A stretch of 64,000 nt of DNA, taken from the NCBI GenBank assembly GCA_004524445.1, contig SDNP01000011.1, forward strand, positions 4,943 through 68,942, in the 5' to 3' direction. Position numbers and translations under genes: made by a program. Below, in pieces: positions 1 to 8,536 of the stretch. The notes beneath the pieces were generated by a model. That model was not told the DNA's origin and did not search any database. It saw nothing but the letters and a program-made list of their open reading frames with translations. Source of the stretch: Candidatus Thorarchaeota archaeon. GTDB taxonomy: Archaea; Asgardarchaeota; Thorarchaeia; Thorarchaeales; Thorarchaeaceae. Numbering within the stretch: position 1 is the first letter of the stretch; each line of letters opens with the position of its first letter.

Positions 1-814
1 TGGATTCTTCAGGTATAGCATTGCAGGACTACTGTTTCTCATCTTGCTCAAGTACCAGGGTAAATCCCCTAGAGCCATCCTCGCACCAGGCACAAATCTC
101 AATCTTCTTTTGGCAGGTCTCACAGGAGTCTTTGGATTCATGGTTTTCAGTTTGATTGGTACACAATTCACGACAGCCAGCCAAGCCTCAATTATTGCCG
201 GACTGAATCCGATAACTGTGGGTGTTTTTGCCTATTTTATTCATCAAGAGAGATCCGGTAAACGATGGCAATATTCAGGATTTATTGTAGCATTCATTGG
301 GATCATCTTCGTCATAGGAGTGCAAGCCCTGATAGACTTCAATCCAGATTATCTAATTGGAAATAGTATCATTGTGCTCTCTATGATTTGCTGGGGCATT
401 TATTCATCAGTTGGAAAGTCCTTGATGGGCAGGTTATCTCCAGTTGAGGTGACTGCAGGAAGTGTGTTTGTTGGATGGACGATATTTGCAATTGGAGCGG
501 CATTAGAATCGAACTCAGCAATCGATGCCCTTCTACTGCCAGAATTTTGGATAAATGTAGGATTTCTCGGCGGGCTGTCGGCATTTCTTGGATTCGTCTT
601 CTATTTTCAGGGCATACAGCGAGTTGGTGCAACCCGAGCTGGTGTGTTCATTAGTCTAGTGCCAGTATTCGGTACGATCACTGCTGTTCTGATCCTTGAC
701 GAGCCGATCTATTGGACGTTTTTGGTTGGTTTGACACTAGTTGTAAGTGGAATCCTCATTCTGAATGCACCCGTTGATGAAGAGGAAGAGGAATCTGAGA
801 AATTCTCAAAATAA
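1..814 (+). CDS. EamA/DMT-family transporter, 5'-truncated by the window edge
   Basis: The reading frame is open from position 2. The product is a polytopic hydrophobic protein with an EamA-type segment RVGATRAGVFISLVPVFGTITAVLILDEP and an acidic C-terminal tail. Confidence 0.8.
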   Translation, partial: GFFRYSIAGLLFLILLKYQGKSPRAILAPGTNLNLLLAGLTGVFGFMVFSLIGTQFTTASQASIIAGLNPITVGVFAYFIHQERSGKRWQYSGFIVAFIGIIFVIGVQALIDFNPDYLIGNSIIVLSMICWGIYSSVGKSLMGRLSPVEVTAGSVFVGWTIFAIGAALESNSAIDALLLPEFWINVGFLGGLSAFLGFVFYFQGIQRVGATRAGVFISLVPVFGTITAVLILDEPIYWTFLVGLTLVVSGILILNAPVDEEEEESEKFSK

Positions 815-834
815 CAGCAGGTGACTTTTACAAT

Positions 835-1476
835 TCAGTTTTTCTGGCTCTTGTCCTTGTCCAGAGTTCCAGGATTCTTCACTCGAGGCAAGCAAACGAA
901 CTCGCGTATTTCTAAATCAAAGAAGTTGTTCATATGAGAAGGCCTGATTACAACAGCTGTGTCTGCCCCACCAGCATAACCTGCTATGCACATAACTTCA
1001 ATATCAGGACCACACGGAATGTAACCACTATCAGCAGCCATTATGGCAATTTCCACACAGACCTTTACTCCTACGCCGACTAGCTTACGAATGGCCTCCG
1101 CTATTGCTTCAACACGGGAAACTCCGCCAAGGTGCTTTGTTAGAGACCGCTCTACCCCAGAAAGAACATGAGATTGGGTCATGACCTTTATCCCGAAATC
1201 ATTAAGTCGGGACAAATGCTTCTCTTCCATAAACCAATCACCTTCGTTTTTGTATCCGTAGTGTTCTGACACGACAACTAGTTCTATATCCGTATCGCTA
1301 AAAGCTTCTGCTGCGAGAACACCCGTTCTGCCCTTTGTGCTCGCTACCACAACATGTTTGATTCTCAACTCAAGAGCCCTCTTCTTTGCTAGCTCGATTG
1401 TTTTTTCGGTATTTGCCTTACCAGGCTTTTGGAAATACACAATGTTCTTCTCTTTGTATATACAATCGTTACTCAT
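835..1476 (-). CDS. pyruvate kinase alpha/beta (C-terminal) domain-like protein
   Basis: IVYFQKPGKANTEKTIELAKKRALELRIKHVVVASTKG ... GVKVCVEIAIMAADSGYIP ... GGADTAVVIRPSHMNNFFDLEIREF matches the archaeal stand-alone PK C-terminal-like family. I placed the start at the internal ATG (MSNDCIYKEK). Confidence 0.75.
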   Translation of the reverse strand: MSNDCIYKEKNIVYFQKPGKANTEKTIELAKKRALELRIKHVVVASTKGRTGVLAAEAFSDTDIELVVVSEHYGYKNEGDWFMEEKHLSRLNDFGIKVMTQSHVLSGVERSLTKHLGGVSRVEAIAEAIRKLVGVGVKVCVEIAIMAADSGYIPCGPDIEVMCIAGYAGGADTAVVIRPSHMNNFFDLEIREFVCLPRVKNPGTLDKDKSQKN

Positions 1477-1555
1477 TTTGGCATCACATCTTGTTCCTCT
1501 TGTCAAGCTGCATAGATTTCAATATGTAGCCAACCTTTTTAGATGATATGCAACT

Positions 1556-2041
1556 ATGGCTTCACAGTATAAAAAGGAGTGCATCAGTTTGATTGGCAAA
1601 TTTGACCACGTTGGCATTGTTGTGAAAGATGTAGAAAAGGCGGTCGAGTTCTATTCGGATGTACTGGGGTGGAAACTACCCAAGGAAGGACCCTATTCGG
1701 AGATACTCTCTATTGATGTGCCTGGCGAGAAAATCAGATATGCGATGCTCTCTTCGGGTGACACATATCTGGAACTCATAGAACCGAAGGAGGGTACTTG
1801 GCTTGAGTTTCTTGAAGAGAAAGGAGAAGGCGCAATCTGCGAGCTTTGTGTACTAGTTGATGATATAGAGGAAGCAAGAAAGAGCATTGAAAATCGAGGA
1901 ATCACGCCCATGGACAGATTTAGGCAGCCTCTGAAGGGAGATGTCATGAGTGCGCCATCAGGTTCAAAGTATTTCTATCTGCCAATAGAGGAGACATCCG
2001 GAACGTGGATTGAGATATTGCAACGAGCATGGAAAGAGTAG
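1556..2041 (+). CDS. VOC (glyoxalase) family protein, methylmalonyl-CoA epimerase-like
   Basis: FDHVGIVVKDVEKAVEFYSDVLGW and YLELIEP are typical VOC/epimerase motifs. Confidence 0.75.
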   Translation: MASQYKKECISLIGKFDHVGIVVKDVEKAVEFYSDVLGWKLPKEGPYSEILSIDVPGEKIRYAMLSSGDTYLELIEPKEGTWLEFLEEKGEGAICELCVLVDDIEEARKSIENRGITPMDRFRQPLKGDVMSAPSGSKYFYLPIEETSGTWIEILQRAWKE

Positions 2042-2080
2042 GTATCAGTCATGCGTGATACCGGAGTACAAAAATAGGAG

Positions 2081-3058
2081 ATGAAACAAATGGAAGCCTC
2101 CAAGGAAACACTGGTTGATTTATACAAGACGACCCTCAGGGTACGGCTTTTTGAAGAAAAAGTTTGGGATCTATTTTCTCAGAATCTCATTCCTGGTACA
2201 GTACATCTGTACTTGGGTCAGGAAGCTGTTGCTGCTGGCGTCTGTTGTGCACTGAGAGAAGATGACTGGGTACAAAGCACACATCGAGGTCATGGTCATG
2301 TAATTGCCAAGGGCGCAGATACCAAGGCGGCTATGGCAGAATTGCTTGGGAAGGTCACTGGTTCATGCAAGGGAAAAGGGGGATCGATGCACATAACCGA
2401 GTTCTCAGCTGGAGTCTTGGGAGCCACTGGTGTTGTAGCATCAGGTCTGCCAATTGCTGTAGGAGCCGCCCTCTCCGCGCAGATGCGTGGAACGAAAGAA
2501 GTAGTGGCCTGCTTCTTTGGAGATGGCGCCTCAAATAATGGGACATTCGGAGAATCACTCAATATGTCCAGTATATGGAACTTGCCGGTCATTTGGGTGG
2601 TAGAAAACAATTTGTATGCTATGGGAACACCCATCAAAATGGCCTGTCCCAGCAAAGATATCGCAATCAGAGCGGATGGATACTGTATCCCTTCCGAGGT
2701 AGTTGATGGAAATAATGCCGTTGAGGTGTACGAGGCTGTAGCAAAAGCGGTTTCACGGGCAAGAAATGGAAACGGCCCAACTCTCATTGAATGCAAGACC
2801 TATCGTCACAAGGGACACTCTCGATTCGATCCAGCAAAATATCGTCCCAAAGAAGAAGAGGCAGAGTGGTTAGGACGGGATGCAGTGGAGATCATTCAAG
2901 CCATTGCCATCAATAACGGGGCTCTGACAGAAGAAACGGCTGCTGAAATAAGGTCACATCTTCAGAAGGAGATGGATGATGCTGCTGAATATGCCAAGGT
3001 CTCTGAGTATCCTAGCCCAGAGACTGCACTGGATGATGTGTTTACGGTGGTGAGCTGA
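2081..3058 (+). CDS. thiamine-diphosphate-dependent 2-oxoacid (pyruvate/acetoin/branched-chain) dehydrogenase E1 alpha subunit
   Basis: YLGQEAVAAG, HRGHGH, GKGGSMH and the TPP-binding segment FFGDGASNNGTF..NLPVIWVVENNLYAMGT are present. Confidence 0.9.
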   Translation: MKQMEASKETLVDLYKTTLRVRLFEEKVWDLFSQNLIPGTVHLYLGQEAVAAGVCCALREDDWVQSTHRGHGHVIAKGADTKAAMAELLGKVTGSCKGKGGSMHITEFSAGVLGATGVVASGLPIAVGAALSAQMRGTKEVVACFFGDGASNNGTFGESLNMSSIWNLPVIWVVENNLYAMGTPIKMACPSKDIAIRADGYCIPSEVVDGNNAVEVYEAVAKAVSRARNGNGPTLIECKTYRHKGHSRFDPAKYRPKEEEAEWLGRDAVEIIQAIAINNGALTEETAAEIRSHLQKEMDDAAEYAKVSEYPSPETALDDVFTVVS

Positions 3059-4032
3059 TGCCCGAGATGACATATAGAGAGGCACTTCATTCAGGATTAA
3101 GAGAGGAAATGTTGAGAGATGAGAGTGTCTTCTTGATTGGAGAGGACATAGGCCGGAATTGGGGGGGTGTATTTCAGGTGACCAAGGGTCTCGCGGAGGA
3201 ATTTGGAGAGGAGAGAGTCAGGGATACCCCCATTTCCGAGAATTCATTTGTTGGCGCTTGCGTTGGAGCAGCTATTACCGGAATGCGCCCTGTTGGCGAG
3301 ATTATGTTTGGCGACCTAATTACTCTGGCCATGGACCAGCTGTGCAATCAAGCAGCCAAGATGCGCTACATGTTTGGCGGACAGACCTCTGTTCCAATGG
3401 TCTTACGTACAGTGTTCGGTGAGTTCAGGAATATGGCAGCGCAACACTCACAATCTCTGGAGGCATGGTTCATGCATACGCCAGGGATCAAGATTGCAGT
3501 TCCCGCATTTGCCAGTGATGCAAAGGGTTTGATAAAGATGGCAATTAGAGACCCTGATCCAGTTTTGTTCTTTGAGCACAAAATGCTCTATGATAAGAAA
3601 GGAGCAGTTCCAGATGAGGAGTATGTTGTGAAGTTTGGGAAGGCGGAAGTAAAACGAGAAGGATCTGATATTACAGTCTGGTCTACTCTTTTCATGCTGC
3701 ATAAGGTTATGGAGGTTGCAGATGATCTTGCAAGAGAAGGGATAAGCGTGGAGGTAATCGACCCACGAACACTTGTTCCACTTGATGAAGAAACCCTCCT
3801 TAAGTCAGTGAAGAAGACAGGCAGGCTTGTTGTGGCTACTGAGGAAAACAAGACAGGCGCCACCACGGCGGAGATTGCAGCCAGAGTACAGGAGAAAGCA
3901 TTTGATTGGCTGGATGCCCCTATCATTCGCGTCAATGCACCTGACACGCCAGTGCCATTTAGTCCACCTCTGGAAAAATTCTATGTTCCGTCCAAAGAGC
4001 AAATCGCCAAAGCTATAACTAGTATAGTATGA
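3058..4032 (+). CDS. 2-oxoacid dehydrogenase E1 beta subunit
   Basis: The start overlaps the alpha-subunit stop (TGATG). MTYREAL..FLIGEDIG..GGVFQVTKGL..RVRDTPISE is followed by a transketolase-C-like end. Confidence 0.9.
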   Translation: MPEMTYREALHSGLREEMLRDESVFLIGEDIGRNWGGVFQVTKGLAEEFGEERVRDTPISENSFVGACVGAAITGMRPVGEIMFGDLITLAMDQLCNQAAKMRYMFGGQTSVPMVLRTVFGEFRNMAAQHSQSLEAWFMHTPGIKIAVPAFASDAKGLIKMAIRDPDPVLFFEHKMLYDKKGAVPDEEYVVKFGKAEVKREGSDITVWSTLFMLHKVMEVADDLAREGISVEVIDPRTLVPLDEETLLKSVKKTGRLVVATEENKTGATTAEIAARVQEKAFDWLDAPIIRVNAPDTPVPFSPPLEKFYVPSKEQIAKAITSIV

Positions 4033-4126
4033 CTTGCACTTGATGCAACTTAGAACAATAGCACATGTTTCGTCCAAACAAAGAAATTAAAACCACTAGA
4101 CTACTGACAGATTACTGGTGACTGCA

Positions 4127-4936
4127 ATGCTCAGGCTAGGCGTAGGTCAGATGGAACCCGTGGTTCATGACCAAGATGGCAATATGGAAAAAATGCGGGA
4201 ACTGCTTTCATCTGCCGCAAAGGAAGATGTTGATGTCTTAGTTCTACCTGAACTGCTCAATTCAGGCTATTTCTTTGAGAATCAGGAAGAGGCTATTGAG
4301 ATGTCTGAGCAGATTCCTGGTGGGCGATTCTCATCCGAGCTAAAGAAGTGGAGCAAGAAGAATCGCATGGTTGTTGCAGGCATTGATGAGAAAACCGAAG
4401 AGGGGCTGTACAATTCAGCGGCAGTCTTCGGGAATGGAAAACATCTTGCTACGTATAGGAAAATCCATTTGTTCGATGCAGAAAAAATATGGTTCTTGCC
4501 GGGGCAGGAAGTATCACCCATTATAAATTTCAAGAATTATCGCTTTGGAGTCATCATCTGTTATGACTGGGCATTTCCTGAATTGTCGAGAATTCTTGCG
4601 TTGAATGGTGCTCAAGTAATTCTACACCCCGCAAATCTTCTCTTAAGCTACTGCCCGAGGGCAATGATCACACGCTCAATTGAAAACTGGATATTCACTG
4701 CAACTGCAAGCAGGATTGGAGTGGAACGGGGAACAAAATTTCTGGGGTTCTCACAGGTCACAGACCCAAGAGGGCATATCCTACTGCAAATGGATGCCAG
4801 CGAACATGGTGTTGCATGGGTTGATGTGGATCCCGCAGTTGCTGATGAGAAGATGATTACGAAACAGAATAATGTCTTGAAAGATAGAAGACCAGAGTTG
4901 TATGGATCACTAGCGGAGATTCTCCACAAGGAATAG
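4127..4936 (+). CDS. carbon-nitrogen hydrolase (nitrilase superfamily) protein
   Basis: The Glu-Lys-Cys triad contexts are present: LVLPELLNSGY, YRKIHLF and VIICYDWAFPE. GGTGA lies 5 nt before the ATG at 4127. An alternative GTG start exists at 4118. Confidence 0.85.
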   Translation: MLRLGVGQMEPVVHDQDGNMEKMRELLSSAAKEDVDVLVLPELLNSGYFFENQEEAIEMSEQIPGGRFSSELKKWSKKNRMVVAGIDEKTEEGLYNSAAVFGNGKHLATYRKIHLFDAEKIWFLPGQEVSPIINFKNYRFGVIICYDWAFPELSRILALNGAQVILHPANLLLSYCPRAMITRSIENWIFTATASRIGVERGTKFLGFSQVTDPRGHILLQMDASEHGVAWVDVDPAVADEKMITKQNNVLKDRRPELYGSLAEILHKE

Positions 4937-5016
4937 ATCGATTGATGGAGATGGGGGGTTCTCTCAGCCTCGCGAAAGCCGATGTCATCTATGACAAGCT
5001 TGAAGCAGATGTCTTG

Positions 5017-5241
5017 CTATATTGACACACAAGTTTCTGTGCTCTTAATCCCAGGAATCTCATGGATTGCAAAGACCACTCGACGATAATCTGATTTCTC
5101 TGGCAACTCAACATAAGCGATGACATCATACGGCCCAGTTACCAAGTGAACTATCTCTACCTCATCAATTTCCTTGACTTTCTCATAGACTTGTTCAGCC
5201 TTTCCAACCTCTACATGCATTAGAACAACTGCCGTAACCAT
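5017..5241 (-). CDS. stand-alone Lrp/AsnC ligand-binding (RAM) domain protein
   Basis: A 74-aa product reads MVTAVVLMHVEVGKAEQVYEKVKEIDEVEIVHLVTGPYDVIAYVELP. Confidence 0.7.
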   Translation of the reverse strand: MVTAVVLMHVEVGKAEQVYEKVKEIDEVEIVHLVTGPYDVIAYVELPEKSDYRRVVFAIHEIPGIKSTETCVSI

Positions 5242-5450
5242 ATTGACGACCACGGAATGTGAATTTCTCATACATAGTATGACCCCTATACTGAAAAGGA
5301 TAGCTTAATCGGGTCAAGGTACCTGTATTTCTCACATTTGCTGCTATTCTCTTTTCCTGCAATGCAAGAAGAACTGCTCAACACCCGCTACAATTTGTAC
5401 ATGTGACCAGAATAGAAATAGGCAAAGAAGTAAAATACTCCTTTTGTATC

Positions 5451-5458
5451 TATATATT
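5451..5458 (+). promoter_or_regulatory. TATA-like box upstream of a small membrane-protein gene (possibly leaderless mRNA)
   Basis: tatatatt is centred about 27 nt before the ATG at 5482. Confidence 0.3.
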
Positions 5459-5481
5459 AACTCTCTTGGAGAACACTGAAA

Positions 5482-5703
5482 ATGAGCAAAGGAATTGCGA
5501 TACTTGGATTGCTACTGATTATTGTTGGCCTGCTTCCTATTTGGGCAGTATATCTACAACCGTACGTTGATTTGGCAATGATAGTTGGATACTTCAACCA
5601 AAATATATACTCACTAGATTTGGCCGGCTATGTCTTCACTGAAGTCATGCTTGGGCTAGTAGGCTTTGGAGTTTTACTCCTGATTATTGGTGCAGTCAAA
5701 TAG
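5482..5703 (+). CDS. small 2-TM membrane protein, hypothetical
   Basis: The 73-aa hydrophobic ORF is followed by a T7 run at about 5868. Confidence 0.35.
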   Translation: MSKGIAILGLLLIIVGLLPIWAVYLQPYVDLAMIVGYFNQNIYSLDLAGYVFTEVMLGLVGFGVLLLIIGAVK

Positions 5704-5882
5704 GAATCTCAAGTATTAGGTAGTACAATCTAGCTGCATTGGTTTTATCCAATAATGGATCGCGCCAGTAAGTGGAATTTGAGATTGATACATCAAGGGC
5801 AGGGGAGGCTCTTGATGGGGGCCTTTTGGGAATACTTGAAACCGTACAGAATGGCAGGCTTGGGGGGTTTTTTTGCTCCAGA

Positions 5883-8372
5883 CTATGGCCAGTCATAGGG
5901 CTTTATCTCAGTCCAATCGAATCCCGTAGATGGTCCTGAATGGAGAACAAAATAGTAGAGACCGGTATCATAGCCACGAAGCTGGAGAACAGGACTGCTG
6001 GGAGTCACAAGAAACTCCTCCATTACGGTGAGATTTGAGGAGAGAACCATTCCAGAGAATTCGCCATTATGTAGTGTTTCGGAGATGAAGTCGAAAGCAA
6101 TCCCAGATTCGATGTAAATATACCCCTCAAGAAGCCCTCCAAAGGGGTCCCAAGGATTTGGTTCCCAATGATAGGTGTTACCCGGTTCGATTGGCTCATT
6201 TGCGTTGGTGGGCGACTCGGTGGTTGGAGTAACTCTCATAGTAATTGGAACAGATGTTTCATTTAGATTTTCTTTGATGAAGATGAGTTTGGTTATGGTG
6301 GTGGGACCCGCATCAGGATCTACTGTGTATCCTGGCCATGTACCGTTAACAATCTCAGTTGAGTAGGAATCATTTGTTCCGTCGGACCAAAACCGTAACA
6401 CGGTGATATTCCAATGAGAATATCCATCGCTCCAGTTCAGAAAGACGGAGAATGCCTGAGTGCTGTTCACCTCGATAACCTCATAGACTGACTCTCCGGA
6501 GTTCAACAAAACAGTATCACCAATTGTGTCATTATTGTATGTCATCTCAATGCTAGGAATGATTCGCATCGTTATCCGCCCGTCTATAGGACCTTCTGTC
6601 ACTGACTTGACCACCCAAATTCGAGATATCTGCTTCTCTGTTGATGGGTCGATGAAGATCTCACCACTCATTGTGGTATCATTCAATTGAACTGGAATGC
6701 TTCCATTAGTTCCATCCTCATAGAAGATAAGAACAATCACCGTCCAGTTTTGCGATGCTCCGCTATGATTCAACTGAATTCTGAAGGAGGTTGTATTGGA
6801 CACCTCAATCTCCTCTATGACTGCCCCGCCGCCACCTTGGACGCCCACTGTGTCATTGAGACTGCCGCCAGTATAGTTCAGACGAATGTGGGGCGTATAG
6901 ACCGGTACACCATTAGCTTGGTGCGAGTCAAGAAGAAGCCAACTGAGAAACAGGCTATAAATCTCAGACCATGTCATGTTTAGGGCTTTAGCGAAGGCAT
7001 CTTTCGGGTCCACATTCCGAGGGTCACCCCGGCCATAGTACTTCGTCCGATTGAAGACCTCTAACAGTGTTTCTGTACCAAACGATTCGTTGATGAATTT
7101 CACAAAGAGAAATGCGGCCATATACGAATCCCAAGAATGGTCCCAATCATGAAAGGCACCTGTGCCATTGATATCTCGAAAATGATCCAACCAGCTTAGT
7201 GACCCCAATCGATGAGCCATCTCATTCCATTCAGTCATGGTCATATTGGGATAGTTTCTAAGCATAGAGTAGACTGCCCAGAACTCAGCCATACCCTCAT
7301 CCCACCAATAGTCAGGTTCATGTAGAGGATAGTACGCGCCTCCACTAGAGTCTGTTCTTCGTTTGAACTGGAACAAATGCAGAAGTTCATGCTCACCTAC
7401 AACTTTGAGCTCTTCTTTCGTTGCATCCCTTCCAACTCTGATGACTATCTCACCATTGCTATTCGATGAGCCAGTTGACTCAGAACTCCCGCTTCGTACC
7501 AGTCTGATTTTAATCTCATTACCGGTTGCAGTTGCTGGATCAGTAAAGTTATGCTCCCGGAAGAAATTCAATGAAAAATTGATGTGTTCCTTGACAAGCG
7601 CTACGACAGATGCATTGACACCGGGTCCTGGCGTAATGGTTACGTTCTCACCCCGGTCATTTTCGGGACGTACTAATCCATCTGGCTCTGGGACTATCCT
7701 GATTCCGTTATAGATGAATACTTCTTCACCACCATATGTGCCAGTGGTCGTTAGAATCTCTACGTTTGGCTCACCGGGTGTTGCCATTGTTGATATCCAT
7801 GACTCCGAATAGTCATTTTCGTTCCCCATCAGCGAGATTGAGTCTTCTTCTGAGGAGGGTATATCAATACCTAACTCAGAGTCGGTCCAGTCCCCAAGTA
7901 CTTCGTCACCGTTCCCACCGCCATATCGCATGAAGCTAACAAGTCTTCCTTCAGAGTCGTGAAGGCCAACCTCATCGCCAGAAGAATCAAGTATTTCCGC
8001 TTCGTCAGTATGAATGGTGACTTGCCCATCACTAGCATCCAGATCATCGATGCCCTCACTCCATGAAATCAAAATGAAAAGAGATTCAGAATTGCCGCCA
8101 AAAACAGGAAGAATGATTCGATCCTCATCATAGGTTGTTACAATCCAATCTTCCATGTCGTCATGTCCAGTGGAGGTGTATAGCTCCACATAGGCATTGG
8201 TTGATTCAGTCCCAGGTCGAACTTCATTAATCAGGACATCCTGATAGGAGCTCGATTTTTCATCAACAAGCTCAACAGGGGGACTTATGTGGCCCTGCAT
8301 TAGCAGAATATAACTTACGGCAGCAACCCCGATTACAATGATTATGACAATTGCAGCAGCACGACGATTCAT
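5883..8372 (-). CDS. secreted or membrane-anchored lamin-tail-domain (LTD) plus MA-clan gluzincin-like protein with two C-terminal beta-domains
   Basis: GAGGT lies 7 nt before the ATG at 8372. The N-terminal anchor is AAAIVIIIVIGVAAV. There is an LTD-like VLINEV..AYVELYT segment, HELLH at 7377..7391 and WWDEGMAEFW at 7279..7308. Two paralogous domains of about 105 aa follow, and N-x-S/T sequons are numerous. Confidence 0.75.
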   Translation of the reverse strand: MNRRAAAIVIIIVIGVAAVSYILLMQGHISPPVELVDEKSSSYQDVLINEVRPGTESTNAYVELYTSTGHDDMEDWIVTTYDEDRIILPVFGGNSESLFILISWSEGIDDLDASDGQVTIHTDEAEILDSSGDEVGLHDSEGRLVSFMRYGGGNGDEVLGDWTDSELGIDIPSSEEDSISLMGNENDYSESWISTMATPGEPNVEILTTTGTYGGEEVFIYNGIRIVPEPDGLVRPENDRGENVTITPGPGVNASVVALVKEHINFSLNFFREHNFTDPATATGNEIKIRLVRSGSSESTGSSNSNGEIVIRVGRDATKEELKVVGEHELLHLFQFKRRTDSSGGAYYPLHEPDYWWDEGMAEFWAVYSMLRNYPNMTMTEWNEMAHRLGSLSWLDHFRDINGTGAFHDWDHSWDSYMAAFLFVKFINESFGTETLLEVFNRTKYYGRGDPRNVDPKDAFAKALNMTWSEIYSLFLSWLLLDSHQANGVPVYTPHIRLNYTGGSLNDTVGVQGGGGAVIEEIEVSNTTSFRIQLNHSGASQNWTVIVLIFYEDGTNGSIPVQLNDTTMSGEIFIDPSTEKQISRIWVVKSVTEGPIDGRITMRIIPSIEMTYNNDTIGDTVLLNSGESVYEVIEVNSTQAFSVFLNWSDGYSHWNITVLRFWSDGTNDSYSTEIVNGTWPGYTVDPDAGPTTITKLIFIKENLNETSVPITMRVTPTTESPTNANEPIEPGNTYHWEPNPWDPFGGLLEGYIYIESGIAFDFISETLHNGEFSGMVLSSNLTVMEEFLVTPSSPVLQLRGYDTGLYYFVLHSGPSTGFDWTEIKPYDWP

Positions 8373-8536
8373 ATCTATGACCTCAGATAACAAATCATTA
8401 TTTACTATAGTTAACTTAATATAACACTTCCGCTTCAACTTAGAGTGTGGCTATCTGCTAATGAGATAGAGTTCCAGCAGGAGAGGAGATGAAGAACAAG
8501 GAGTAGATATTGGTCAATCTGGGATTTCTTCAGGAA

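Noticed and set aside
2296-2796. The track lists long antisense or alternative-frame ORFs inside clearly assigned genes. Examples are 2296..2796, 3588..3947, 7363..7713, 25058..25375, 44134..44484, 56291..56638, 58790..59359 and 59426..59680.
   Set aside because: They lie entirely within genes that carry strong family signatures on the other strand or frame, and their products are low-complexity or compositionally odd. I treat them as shadow ORFs.
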